Positions 1-8,873 of a stretch of 64,000 nt of DNA are shown piece after piece (the stretch's first letter is position 1; the number at the start of each line of letters is the position of its first letter). Position numbers and translations under genes: made by a program. Under the pieces are notes generated by a model that searched no databases, was not told the origin of the DNA, and worked only from the letters and a program-made list of their open reading frames with translations. The stretch is from contig CBDFLE010000006.1 of the NCBI GenBank assembly GCA_965248925.1, positions 800,001 to 864,000 of the forward strand, in the 5' to 3' direction. The DNA is from Candidatus Multivoradales bacterium. GTDB lineage: Bacteria; Acidobacteriota; Thermoanaerobaculia; Multivoradales; J023.

Positions 1-28
1 AAAAGCTGACGGAATCGGCGATCGGCAT
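1..28 (-). CDS. 5' end of a gene running off the left edge (MPIADSVSF...)
   Basis: ATG at 28-26 on the minus strand with an AGGAG RBS 7 nt upstream; only 9 codons are visible. Confidence 0.4.
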
Positions 29-100
29 GTTAACTCTCCTTAACGGGTCGGCGGCGACCCAAATCGGCCGATCAACAAAACGGCCGGCGGTGCGCTCAAT

Positions 101-130
101 GTCTACAGAGATCTACTGAGATCTATAGAG
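101..130. repeat. 3 x 10-bp tandem repeat (RTCTAYWGAG) in a divergent intergenic region
   Basis: gtctacagag atctactgag atctatagag. Confidence 0.6.
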
Positions 131-449
131 AGCATTTTTCATGCCACCCCCCAACACAGCGAGCCACACCGGTTCGATCCTGGCACCGCCCACTAAGTTG
201 GCGCACTCACTCTTCTCCAATGCCAACTCCGGGTTCACCTGCCAACCATCTGGACAATCGCCTCACGGATTTTGACGGACTGAGAAATCTCCTTTTGCAG
301 AGGATTTTTCCCCAGCTTTTGTAGCCTGCCAGCAACCGTTCGGCACAGTGGTAATCTGCACCGAGAGAACATGCCTGCAAGGCAGCACTAGCCAACCTGA
401 TGGTCCAGCGAGCTCTGCGAGGCTCAGCGACCGCGACGAGGAGCCCAAC

Positions 450-686
450 ATGAGCTGGGACGAGGAAGACGATAAGACTGTATACAAGGTAGTCATCAAC
501 CACGAAGAGCAGTACTCCATCTGGCCCGTCGATCGGGAAAACGCCCTCGGCTGGAACGATGTCGGCAAAGAAGGCACCAAGAAAGAGTGCCTGGATCACA
601 TCGAAGAGGTGTGGACCGACATGCGCCCATTGAGCTTGCGCAAGAAGATGGAAGAGATGGAGAGAGAGGCCGCCAAAAGCGAGTGA
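450..686 (+). CDS. mbtH: MbtH-like NRPS adenylation-domain chaperone
   Basis: [13 protein letters not shown]...GW...[18 protein letters not shown] signature; GAGGAG RBS before ATG 450. Confidence 0.95.
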   Translation: MSWDEEDDKTVYKVVINHEEQYSIWPVDRENALGWNDVGKEGTKKECLDHIEEVWTDMRPLSLRKKMEEMEREAAKSE

Positions 687-812
687 GCCACGGCAGACTC
701 GCCAAATTCAGCACACTTGGATCCGCGAGCAGTGACCTAGTACCGTGATCTAGCACTGAAATCTAGCGTACTGCTCAAACACTCTGCTCAAACACCGTGA
801 GGAGGACGACCC

Positions 813-1151
813 ATGGCCGAAATGGGTGCCTACTGCAAAGCCTACTACGCCAAAGACTTCCGCCAGTTCGACGACTGGAAGGAGAATATCGAGGCGCTAC
901 GTCCAGAAAGCCGGGAAGAGAACGGCCAGGAGATCGAGGAACCGCGCTCCGAACTCAAGGACGACGACATCCTCTACCTGCAAGAAGACTACGTCGTCAC
1001 CGACGGCATCATGAAGGACGAGAACATCATCTTCGACCAGGTCACCGATCTGTGGAAGACCTTCTGCGCCGAGACCTTGAGCTTTGAGATCCCGGTCTAT
1101 GAACCGATCGAGATCAAGACCAGCGAAGAACCGGCCGACGCCGAAGCCTGA
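813..1151 (+). CDS. Acidic 112-aa hypothetical protein next to mbtH
   Basis: GAGGAGG RBS, host-like codon usage, motifs GAYCKAY and LYLQEDYVVTDGI. Confidence 0.85.
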   Translation: MAEMGAYCKAYYAKDFRQFDDWKENIEALRPESREENGQEIEEPRSELKDDDILYLQEDYVVTDGIMKDENIIFDQVTDLWKTFCAETLSFEIPVYEPIEIKTSEEPADAEA

Positions 1152-1248
1152 CCCCACTAGCCCGGCCGGGAACGCCCGACCGGGTACTAACCCCAACATC
1201 ATCGACCGCAGCTACCTGCCCGCCCCCACCGAGGGAGGCGCCGCAGAG

Positions 1249-2010
1249 TCAGAGCATCTGCGCCGGAACCACCTTCCAACCCGTCGCCCGCAGACCATGG
1301 CGTTCGACGCACAACGCACCGGCGTAGCCCGAGGCCGGACGCAAATCCACCAGGGCCCAAGCTGCGGCGCTTTCGGCACTTCCATCCAAGCGCAGCATTC
1401 GCGCCTTCTCTCCCGGAGCCAGGGTCAGGTCGAAGCGATCCAGGGGTGCCGAAAGCCCGTCTCCAGTCGCTTTCAGATAAGCCTCTTTTCGCGTCCAGCA
1501 GTTGAAGAATCCCACGGTCCGCTGGCTGCTTGGCAAGGCGCGAAAGACCGCCGCCTCGGTGCTCGAAAAAAAGCGTTCAGCAATGCTGCCGGCGTCGGGT
1601 AGGGGACGCAGGTGCTCGATATCCACGCCCAGAGGCAGGGCTCGAGTAAAGCCGATCAACACCCGCTCCTCGGAGTGAGAGACGTTGAAAAACAGCAGCT
1701 CTTGATCGCCGGTCGCCAGCGAAGGCTTACCCTTGGCACCGTAGACGAAACGGTGGCTGGCCGGCGGCCGGCGCAAATAGGCGCTCAACAAATGACGCAG
1801 CATTCCCCGGGCAACGATAAATCGCCGCCGGTCGCGGTCAAAGTGAAAGCGGGCCGCGCGCTCGAGTTCGTCGACCGACAAGACCGCACGCATCCGACCC
1901 TGATCCGCCGCACCAGGGTCGAGAGCCGCCGAGTAGAGGTGTACCTCGTCTTGCTCGAGTTCTGGTTGACCGAGCACCCCACCGTAGACAATGAACCGCA
2001 GACCGCTCAC
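1249..2010 (-). CDS. Sfp/HetI-type 4'-phosphopantetheinyl transferase
   Basis: GKP, FNVSHS, LGVDIE and WTRKEAYLKATG motifs; GTG start overlaps the thioesterase stop. Confidence 0.95.
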   Translation of the reverse strand: MSGLRFIVYGGVLGQPELEQDEVHLYSAALDPGAADQGRMRAVLSVDELERAARFHFDRDRRRFIVARGMLRHLLSAYLRRPPASHRFVYGAKGKPSLATGDQELLFFNVSHSEERVLIGFTRALPLGVDIEHLRPLPDAGSIAERFFSSTEAAVFRALPSSQRTVGFFNCWTRKEAYLKATGDGLSAPLDRFDLTLAPGEKARMLRLDGSAESAAAWALVDLRPASGYAGALCVERHGLRATGWKVVPAQML

Positions 2011-2774
2011 TGGGCGGGCATCACCTGAGCCAGGTCAGCGGCCACCGCCGCCAGCAAACGGTCCATCTGCGGATGTAGAAAGAAGTGATCGCCAGGAAAC
2101 ATCCGCAGCCGGAAGCGCGCCTGGCTAACAACCTGCCAGGCCTCCAGGTGCTGGCGCTCGACTTCGGGATCCTCGAGCCCCCCATAGGCGAACATCGGCA
2201 CCGCCAACGGCGGCCGTTCGCCCGGCGTGTAGGTTTCGATCAGTTCGAAATCAGCCCGCAGCAAAGGCAACATCAAAGCCATCAACTCCGGATTCTCAAG
2301 CACCGCCTCGGGGGTGCCGTCGAGTTCTCGCAGCTTGGCCTTGAACTCGGCCTCGGGCAAGCCGTACATCGGCGGATCATCGTCGGGAAGGTGCGGCGCC
2401 CGACGGCCCGAAACCAACAGAGCGAGAGGCTCTTGACGACCCTCGAGGCGCAACTGATGCGCCAGCTCGAAAACGATCGCCGCCCCCAAGCTGTGACCAA
2501 AGAACGCGAAGGGCTGATCCATGAAGGGAGATAGAGCCGGGATCAGAGAATCGATCAGCGGCTCAAAGCTAACAAAGGGCCTCTCCATCAGGCGCGATTC
2601 GCGACCGGGAAGCTGCACTGGCAGGACTTCGATTTCGGCGGCCGCGAGTGACTTCCCCCATTGCCGATAGATCGAAGCTCCGCCGCCGGCGTAGGGGAAG
2701 CAAAATAGCCGCAAGCGGGCCCGCGGGTTAGGTTGACGAAAAAATATCCAAGGCTTGTCCTGAGCGACGGGCAC
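2007..2774 (-). CDS. Type II (editing) thioesterase
   Basis: LFCFPYAGGGA, LPGRE, GHSLG, LRADF and GDHFF motifs; AGGAGG RBS. Confidence 0.95.
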   Translation of the reverse strand: MPVAQDKPWIFFRQPNPRARLRLFCFPYAGGGASIYRQWGKSLAAAEIEVLPVQLPGRESRLMERPFVSFEPLIDSLIPALSPFMDQPFAFFGHSLGAAIVFELAHQLRLEGRQEPLALLVSGRRAPHLPDDDPPMYGLPEAEFKAKLRELDGTPEAVLENPELMALMLPLLRADFELIETYTPGERPPLAVPMFAYGGLEDPEVERQHLEAWQVVSQARFRLRMFPGDHFFLHPQMDRLLAAVAADLAQVMPAQ

Positions 2775-2882
2775 GATCTCTACCTCCTGGTGGGGTCGTC
2801 AAGCCTGGAGAGGCGCGGTAGCTGGAAGGTGAATTTACACCAGCCGCGAGAGGCGATCCAGCCTTAGTAGCTCCGCAGAGAA

Positions 2883-4382
2883 TCATTCACCAAAGGCATC
2901 ACGGTCGAGCAACTGCTCAGCGACCTGGTGCCGCAGCTCGACCAACTCTGGCCGTTCGCCACAGCGCATCAACGCTTCTTGCAGCGTTGCCATAGCTCGC
3001 TCTGGCCAGCGGTTGGCCAGCAACCGACGAATCTCCGCGGTCATCTGCTCCAGCTCTTCGGCGCTGACCTCTCGCCGCTGACCCACGGCGGTCCGCTGGT
3101 CGCCTTCGGCCAGGGTCGAATTCGAGCTTTGCCGAGCGGCCCGCTCCGCCAGTTGGTGTTCAATTTCTACCGCCAGTCTGCGGCCCTCGGGATTGGACAG
3201 GGAAATATCGAGCGCTGCTCGCGCCTTGCCGAGCGCATCCTCGAGCTGGCCCTGAGCACGTAGCTCATTCGCTTGCCGGCAAAGCTGAGCAAAGCTCTGC
3301 CGCCGCTGCTGACACTGACGTTCCCGAGCTGACGGCGACGGACTGGCTAGCGTCGGCGCAGCGGACGGTAGGGAGTCCTCGGGCCGCCCCACTGCAACCG
3401 CGGGTCGCGCAACGACGACGGTGGGAGCATCGACCCACTGCACCCTAGCCGGCCGCGGTGTCGCCACCGTGGTTTGTTCGGCTGGCGGCGTGGGACGCCG
3501 CAAGCCTATTTCGAGATCCTCGGCGGCGCAGGGATGAGCCGCGCCGAGAAACTCCACCGAGCGCAACATGCCGGCCGCATCTCGGGGTCTCGCGGCGGCA
3601 TCCTTGGCCAAGGCGGCGAGCACCAGCCGGCGCAGCTCATTGGGCACCCGCCGCTGCGGGTCACTGCGAGCGAACTCCAGCGGTGATCCGCTGAGGTGGC
3701 CGGTGATCAGCTGTTCGACACTGCTGCCGGCGATCGGATGCTGGCCGGTGAAGAGCTGGTAGAAAACCACCCCCAGTGAGTAGAGATCGCTCTGCGGCAC
3801 CAGTAAGCCTTCGGACAACATCTCTGGCGCGGCATACCGCAACCAGTCCAGCGGCCAAGAGCGCGGCGGCGCGGTCGCATCATCGAGCTGCGGCACCAGC
3901 CCAGGTTCCACCAGCTTGACCTCCGGGCCACCCTCAACATGCCGCGCCAGCATCAGGTTGTCAGCCGACAAGTGGCGGTGTACTACCTGGTGGCGATGCA
4001 GATGGCCCACCGCGCGCAACACCTGACGGGCGATCGCCAAGCCCAATCCCAAAGGCGGCGGAGTGCCGCTAGAGACCAGTTCCTCAAGGCTGATTCCGGC
4101 GACATATTCCAGCACCACATGGGCCAAGCCTTGGTTGTCGATCGAGAAATCGTAGAGCCGGGCAATATTGGGATGGCTCAAACGGCTGACCGCCTGTGCC
4201 CGGGCAACAAATGCGTCGCGCAATGCCGGATTATCGAGCCGCGGCTGCAGCACCTTGGCGACCCGCAAGTCACCGAGCAAGCGGTGGCGAACCTGGTACA
4301 AGCTACCGCTGGATCCTTGATGGATCCGCTTGACGATCTCGTAAGCCTCGGTGAGTTCCGCGGGGATGCGACTCATCGCCAC
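2883..4382 (-). CDS. Hanks-type Ser/Thr kinase-fold protein, probable pseudokinase, with C-terminal TPR-like helices
   Basis: HPNI, LEY, YAAPE and SDLYSLG are retained; HRD is replaced by HRH and DFG by EPG. Confidence 0.85.
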   Translation of the reverse strand: MAMSRIPAELTEAYEIVKRIHQGSSGSLYQVRHRLLGDLRVAKVLQPRLDNPALRDAFVARAQAVSRLSHPNIARLYDFSIDNQGLAHVVLEYVAGISLEELVSSGTPPPLGLGLAIARQVLRAVGHLHRHQVVHRHLSADNLMLARHVEGGPEVKLVEPGLVPQLDDATAPPRSWPLDWLRYAAPEMLSEGLLVPQSDLYSLGVVFYQLFTGQHPIAGSSVEQLITGHLSGSPLEFARSDPQRRVPNELRRLVLAALAKDAAARPRDAAGMLRSVEFLGAAHPCAAEDLEIGLRRPTPPAEQTTVATPRPARVQWVDAPTVVVARPAVAVGRPEDSLPSAAPTLASPSPSARERQCQQRRQSFAQLCRQANELRAQGQLEDALGKARAALDISLSNPEGRRLAVEIEHQLAERAARQSSNSTLAEGDQRTAVGQRREVSAEELEQMTAEIRRLLANRWPERAMATLQEALMRCGERPELVELRHQVAEQLLDRDAFGE

Positions 4383-4434
4383 ACCTCGGCCCGCGAGGCG
4401 GCAGGTCTAGAGTTCATGAACAGCTTTCGCCAGG

Positions 4435-5730
4435 CTAGAAATAGCTCAGTATCTCGCGCGCCGAGGCGGCTTCCGGATGCCCCGGCGCCAACTCCAAGAA
4501 GCGTTCTAGATGACGTCGCGCCGGGCCGGTCTCGCCGGCTGAGGAGTGGCACAAGCCCAGGGTGTAGTGGGCATCGGCCATCTCCGGCCGCAGTTCGAGC
4601 AAGTGGCTCAGTGCCGCTTTCGCCGGCTCCAGGGCACCGGAGCGAAAGTCCATCTCCGCCCGGCGGTACAGCATGCCGATGGCGGCTTCTGGGGCAACTG
4701 CCAGGTAATCGTCAAAGGCCTCCAGGGTGGCGGCATCCTGGCGCGCATCTCGCGCCAAATAGCGAATGCGGAAACCGGGCTCACTCTGGGGCGCCTGCAG
4801 GACCAGGCGCTCGGCCATGGCCAGGGCTTGGTCATACTGCCCCCGATTGAACAGCAGAGTGGCGAGTGTTTCGAGCGGTTGCGCTAGGGTTGGGTCGAGT
4901 TCGCTGGACTCACGCAGCAGTAGGATAGCTCGGTCGATATCGTCGGCCTGCACCGCCGCGACCCCTTGGTTGTAGGCATCGGCCGCCAAGCCGGCGGTAG
5001 CTTCGAGAGCCGTGAGGCGTTCGATCAGCTGAGTCCTCTCTGCTGTCCCCTCCCGCCGCAACGCCAAGCGATAGGCCAGCCGCAAGCCTTGGGGATGGTC
5101 TGGACGAACCGCCAACAAAGCCGTGATCGCTTCATCGGCGGCAGCGTTCTCGCCATCGTGAAAGTAGATGTCGGCAAGCCCAAGGAGAGCTTCCGGCATC
5201 TTCGGTTGCTTGGACCGAGCGAGTAGGAACTTGGCTTTCGCCGTAGCCATGTCCTCGGCTTGAAATGCTTGCACTCCCTCGTTGTAAGCCAGCGCCGCCT
5301 CTCGCCGCGCCGCCGCCTGGTCGTCCACCAAGCGGAACTCGAGCTGTTGCCGCATCCCTGACTCGATCAACAGCGAGGTGCGATAGGGGCCATAGCCCTC
5401 CTTGGTCAAGGCAAACTGATAGTTGCCGCCTTCCGGCAGCTCGACTTCGAACCTGCCCTGCTCGTCGCTGCGCGTTTGCCGCTGCACCGCCGCATCGCCC
5501 GCCGCATCGATCAGCACTTCGACACCACTCAGCCGCGCGCCAGCCTGGTCGATCACCTGCCCTTCGATCTGGCAAGCTTTCTGGCGCGATTTCTTACCCT
5601 TCTTGGCCACCGCCGGTGCCGCCACTCCAAGCAGCAGGGCTGCGGCGAGCGTCCCAGCCAAGGCCGACGAGGCAATTCGAGTCCTCATGCCACTGATCTC
5701 CAGTTCAGGTTCCGTGAATCGCTCATTCAC
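4435..5730 (-). CDS. Secreted protein with a carboxypeptidase-regulatory-like domain and TPR repeats
   Basis: Signal-like N-terminus, IEGQVID...SDEQGRF...KEGY Ig-like module, several TPR motifs (AYNEG, AHYTLG). Confidence 0.85.
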   Translation of the reverse strand: MNERFTEPELEISGMRTRIASSALAGTLAAALLLGVAAPAVAKKGKKSRQKACQIEGQVIDQAGARLSGVEVLIDAAGDAAVQRQTRSDEQGRFEVELPEGGNYQFALTKEGYGPYRTSLLIESGMRQQLEFRLVDDQAAARREAALAYNEGVQAFQAEDMATAKAKFLLARSKQPKMPEALLGLADIYFHDGENAAADEAITALLAVRPDHPQGLRLAYRLALRREGTAERTQLIERLTALEATAGLAADAYNQGVAAVQADDIDRAILLLRESSELDPTLAQPLETLATLLFNRGQYDQALAMAERLVLQAPQSEPGFRIRYLARDARQDAATLEAFDDYLAVAPEAAIGMLYRRAEMDFRSGALEPAKAALSHLLELRPEMADAHYTLGLCHSSAGETGPARRHLERFLELAPGHPEAASAREILSYF

Positions 5731-6409
5731 TCGCCGAGGTCACTGCGGCGGCATCCACCCACAGCTTTCCTGCCGCTTCACTACCGATCGTCACGTCCAC
5801 GCCGTCGCCAGCCCGCAGGGTCACCGAATCCGCAATTCGATCGCGACCTCGCACCGCCACCTGCGCCCCCGGCTTGAGCCCATGCCGTTCGGCAAACTTG
5901 AGAAACGCCTCGTCTTGATCACTGACCCGGACGATCTGCGCCGACCGGCCGGCTGGACACTCCGCCAGGCTGATCACCTCAGTGGCATGCAAAGCGCCGC
6001 TCAGATCGGGAATTGGGTCGCCGTGGGGATCGGTGCGAGGGAAACCGAGCAGCGCGTCGATGCGGTCCACCAGCTTGTCCGACATGGCATGTTCGAGGCG
6101 TTCAGCCTCCTCGTGCACCTCCGACCAATCGAGCCCGAGCGTCTCGACCAGGAAGAGTTCGATCAAGCGATGCCGGCGCAGCACAAACAACGCCTGACGG
6201 CGCCCCTTCTCGGTCAGGCGCACCCCGCTGTAGGGCTCATAAACCAGATCCGCGCTGCGCTCCAACGCCTTGACCATCGCCGTCACCGTACCCGGAGCAA
6301 CCTCTTGAGCGACCGCGATCTGGCCCATGTTGACCAGCTCACCCTCGCCCAGACGCTCCTCCAGCATCAAGATGGTCTTGAGATAGTCCTCAACAGTGCT
6401 GGTCGCCAT
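5723..6409 (-). CDS. mntR: DtxR/MntR-family metal-dependent regulator with C-terminal FeoA domain
   Basis: VEDYLK, RRHRLIELFL, EEAERLEH and DPHGDPIP motifs; start taken at MATST (6409). Confidence 0.9.
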   Translation of the reverse strand: MATSTVEDYLKTILMLEERLGEGELVNMGQIAVAQEVAPGTVTAMVKALERSADLVYEPYSGVRLTEKGRRQALFVLRRHRLIELFLVETLGLDWSEVHEEAERLEHAMSDKLVDRIDALLGFPRTDPHGDPIPDLSGALHATEVISLAECPAGRSAQIVRVSDQDEAFLKFAERHGLKPGAQVAVRGRDRIADSVTLRAGDGVDVTIGSEAAGKLWVDAAAVTSASE

Positions 6410-6556
6410 GACCCGAGGATACCGCAGGCCGGCATACCAATGCACCCACCACGGCATGCTGCCGGCTGGGGGAGTCGATCGGGTTCTTGAGTGCCCCTGC
6501 TCCCCAATCAACTGGACCGCCTAAGTGGCTAAATAGACTCCCAGCGAATGCCGCTA

Positions 6557-7762
6557 CTAGAAAAGGAGATCTGTGTCGAACAAGACGATCTCTGACCGGC
6601 GGCCGGATCTGACACTGTACGCCAGCACCGCGTGTCGGCCACTGCGATATGGCCGCGGAAAAGTCCCATCTTTGGCTACTTGCTGAGGAAGGCTCCATTG
6701 CTCATCGGTCGGCTTCTTGAACCGGGCGAGAATTCGTTGTCCGGCAGCGCCTGAGGCCTCGAACAAGACCGCCAAACGGCCGTCAGGCAACATGCCGATC
6801 TCTGGCCTGGAAACAAAGCCTGTTGCGGCGTCCGGGATAGCAATAGCCATGCGAGAAGCAAAAGTCCTGCCGCCATCGTTGGAGAAAGCGACATAGATCC
6901 CGGGTTCTGCGCCGGTGAACCAGACCGCCCACAGCACCCTCTCCCCGTCCAGCACCATCCGGGGTCCGGCGTGGGGGCAGCCGTTTAGCCGCCAGTCATC
7001 GCGGGAAACCCATCCCAAACGAGCGAAGCTCCGCCCACCGTCCTGGCTACGAGCCACCGCGATGTCGCGCAGCTCGCCCACTTCGCGATCGCGGTAGGCC
7101 AGCCAAACACCAGCGCTGGAGTCGACGGCTAGCGCCGCCGTGCAACACTCACAAACCACCTTATCAACGGTCAAGTTCTTGCCAATCTTCCCTGCCGGTT
7201 CAATCCGGGCAATACGCACTCCTTGCTCACCTTCGCGCTCATCGAGCCAGCTCAACAACATCTCACCAGACTCGATCCGTAGGCCATCGAGGAAAGACCG
7301 CGAGCCGACCTTGCCATCGTCGTGTATCGCTTGCGGTTCGCTCCAGGAGCGACCACCATCGCTCGAATGTTGCAGATGGATATCAGCATCCCATTGGCCC
7401 GGCGGCGAAGCAACGTAGACCACTGTCAACTCGCCTCCCCGGTGCCAGACCAAGACCGCTGGGCTATCACCCGATGTCTGCACTCGGTACTTCAACGGCG
7501 AGATTGGAATCGGTCCCATTGAATCAGCGCCAAATCGCCGATACTGAAGCCTTGAGTCCTTATCCTCATAGGCGACGTGAAGCCCACCGTCGTCACTCCA
7601 CGCGAGACCGGGGAAACGGCCCGCAAAACGCTCTTCGATGGATCGAGCTTCGACCTGGGGCAGCGCTTGCGCGAACCCAAGAATCGGCAACAGACAGAAA
7701 ACTCCGGCACAACACAACAGAACCCGTAACTCAGCCGGAATCAACCAACCCAGGAATGGCAA
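6557..7762 (-). CDS. Secreted BNR/Asp-box (sialidase-fold) protein with CECC and CPH motifs
   Basis: Three SxDGGxS/TW/F-like Asp boxes (SSDGGRSW, SQDGGRSF, SNDGGRTF), VCECC, GCPHAGP. Confidence 0.8.
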   Translation of the reverse strand: MPFLGWLIPAELRVLLCCAGVFCLLPILGFAQALPQVEARSIEERFAGRFPGLAWSDDGGLHVAYEDKDSRLQYRRFGADSMGPIPISPLKYRVQTSGDSPAVLVWHRGGELTVVYVASPPGQWDADIHLQHSSDGGRSWSEPQAIHDDGKVGSRSFLDGLRIESGEMLLSWLDEREGEQGVRIARIEPAGKIGKNLTVDKVVCECCTAALAVDSSAGVWLAYRDREVGELRDIAVARSQDGGRSFARLGWVSRDDWRLNGCPHAGPRMVLDGERVLWAVWFTGAEPGIYVAFSNDGGRTFASRMAIAIPDAATGFVSRPEIGMLPDGRLAVLFEASGAAGQRILARFKKPTDEQWSLPQQVAKDGTFPRPYRSGRHAVLAYSVRSGRRSEIVLFDTDLLF

Positions 7763-7882
7763 AATGACTCACCTCCGAACACCCACCGATTAAGAAACTA
7801 GTGACCACGGCGAAGAGGGTAGCGATCTAGACACCGCCCTCCGCACCGAGTTCAACAGTCGCGGCAACCGCTCTATTCTACC

Positions 7883-8584
7883 TCACTTCAGGCGAAACAC
7901 CAGAGCACTGCGCAACGCAGACTCGAATCCATCTGAACCCACGCCGACGCCAACGCCAATGTTGAAAGTAAAGCGTTCTGACGGCTCGGAATAGAGCCCG
8001 AGGAGAATCTCATGCTCATCTTCCTCGAAGCTACCTTGCACCTCCAAACCAAGAGCCCAGTCTTCGCCAAACAAGCGCCGGAGGCCAGCCGCGTAGCCCC
8101 ACTCAACCTCGGCCCCGCCGCCCTGATCTTCGCTAGCAATCAAATTGGCGCCGAACAGCCATAAGTCTCCGGCTTGCGATATAGCCAGGCGCAATTCGGC
8201 ACGGTCCTCATGATCGTCGAGGTGCGCGATCTCGTACTCAAAAGAAAGAGAGAGGCCGAAAAGCGACTCCTCCGAATTCAACCGATAGTGCAAGGCTGGG
8301 GACGTCGATTCGTATTCGAAAGACTCGCTTCCCTCCTTGGCGATGTGGGCATGAACCTCGACCGAGAAACGGTTCGTAAGAGCAAAGAGTAAGGTCGGCT
8401 CGACCTCAATCTCTTCCTCCTCGCCCTCGTCGATGTAGCTCGCGGAGGGGATGAAATAGAACTCGCCACCGTGGGGTGTCTCTGAGGTTTGTACCAGCAG
8501 AAAATCGCGACCGTGGTGCGCCGCCAGAGGGGCGGCTACCAGAAAAGTAAGAAGAAGAAGGCGCAGAGTTCGGACAGTAACCAT
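7883..8584 (-). CDS. Putative outer-membrane beta-barrel protein, acidic, with N-terminal HH
   Basis: Signal peptide ending LAA-HHGRD, amphipathic strand pattern, C-terminal LVFRLK; AGGAG RBS. Confidence 0.7.
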   Translation of the reverse strand: MVTVRTLRLLLLTFLVAAPLAAHHGRDFLLVQTSETPHGGEFYFIPSASYIDEGEEEEIEVEPTLLFALTNRFSVEVHAHIAKEGSESFEYESTSPALHYRLNSEESLFGLSLSFEYEIAHLDDHEDRAELRLAISQAGDLWLFGANLIASEDQGGGAEVEWGYAAGLRRLFGEDWALGLEVQGSFEEDEHEILLGLYSEPSERFTFNIGVGVGVGSDGFESALRSALVFRLK

Positions 8585-8873
8585 TGAAGTCTCCTTGAAA
8601 CGTTAGCCAAATCATCAGTCAGCGCGCAGATCCCTGGGAATCTGCGGATTCATTGTCGGTTCGTCCGGTCCCATGTTGGAAGGGCACCAGGCAAACTGTC
8701 AGACGATGGTGGGAACGCGAGGAGAGTCTATGATGGCGGCTTAGGCGGATCATTCGGCACAAGTGAAAGAGGTAGGAAACAGTACCAAAGGGAAAAACCC
8801 GCCACCACCAAAGGCTCGATCGCTGCCAGCCTGGTCCCGACACCCTTGACTGAATTGCTAGACGTCAGGCTAG

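Noticed and set aside
730-796. Short repeats between mbtH and the next ORF (CTAG units; CTGCTCAAACAC x2)
   Set aside because: Too short and irregular to assign a function; probably local slippage
8619-8843. 74-aa minus-strand ORF upstream of the OMP gene
   Set aside because: It is an alternative frame over the C-terminus of the IS-split leader ORF and has no RBS
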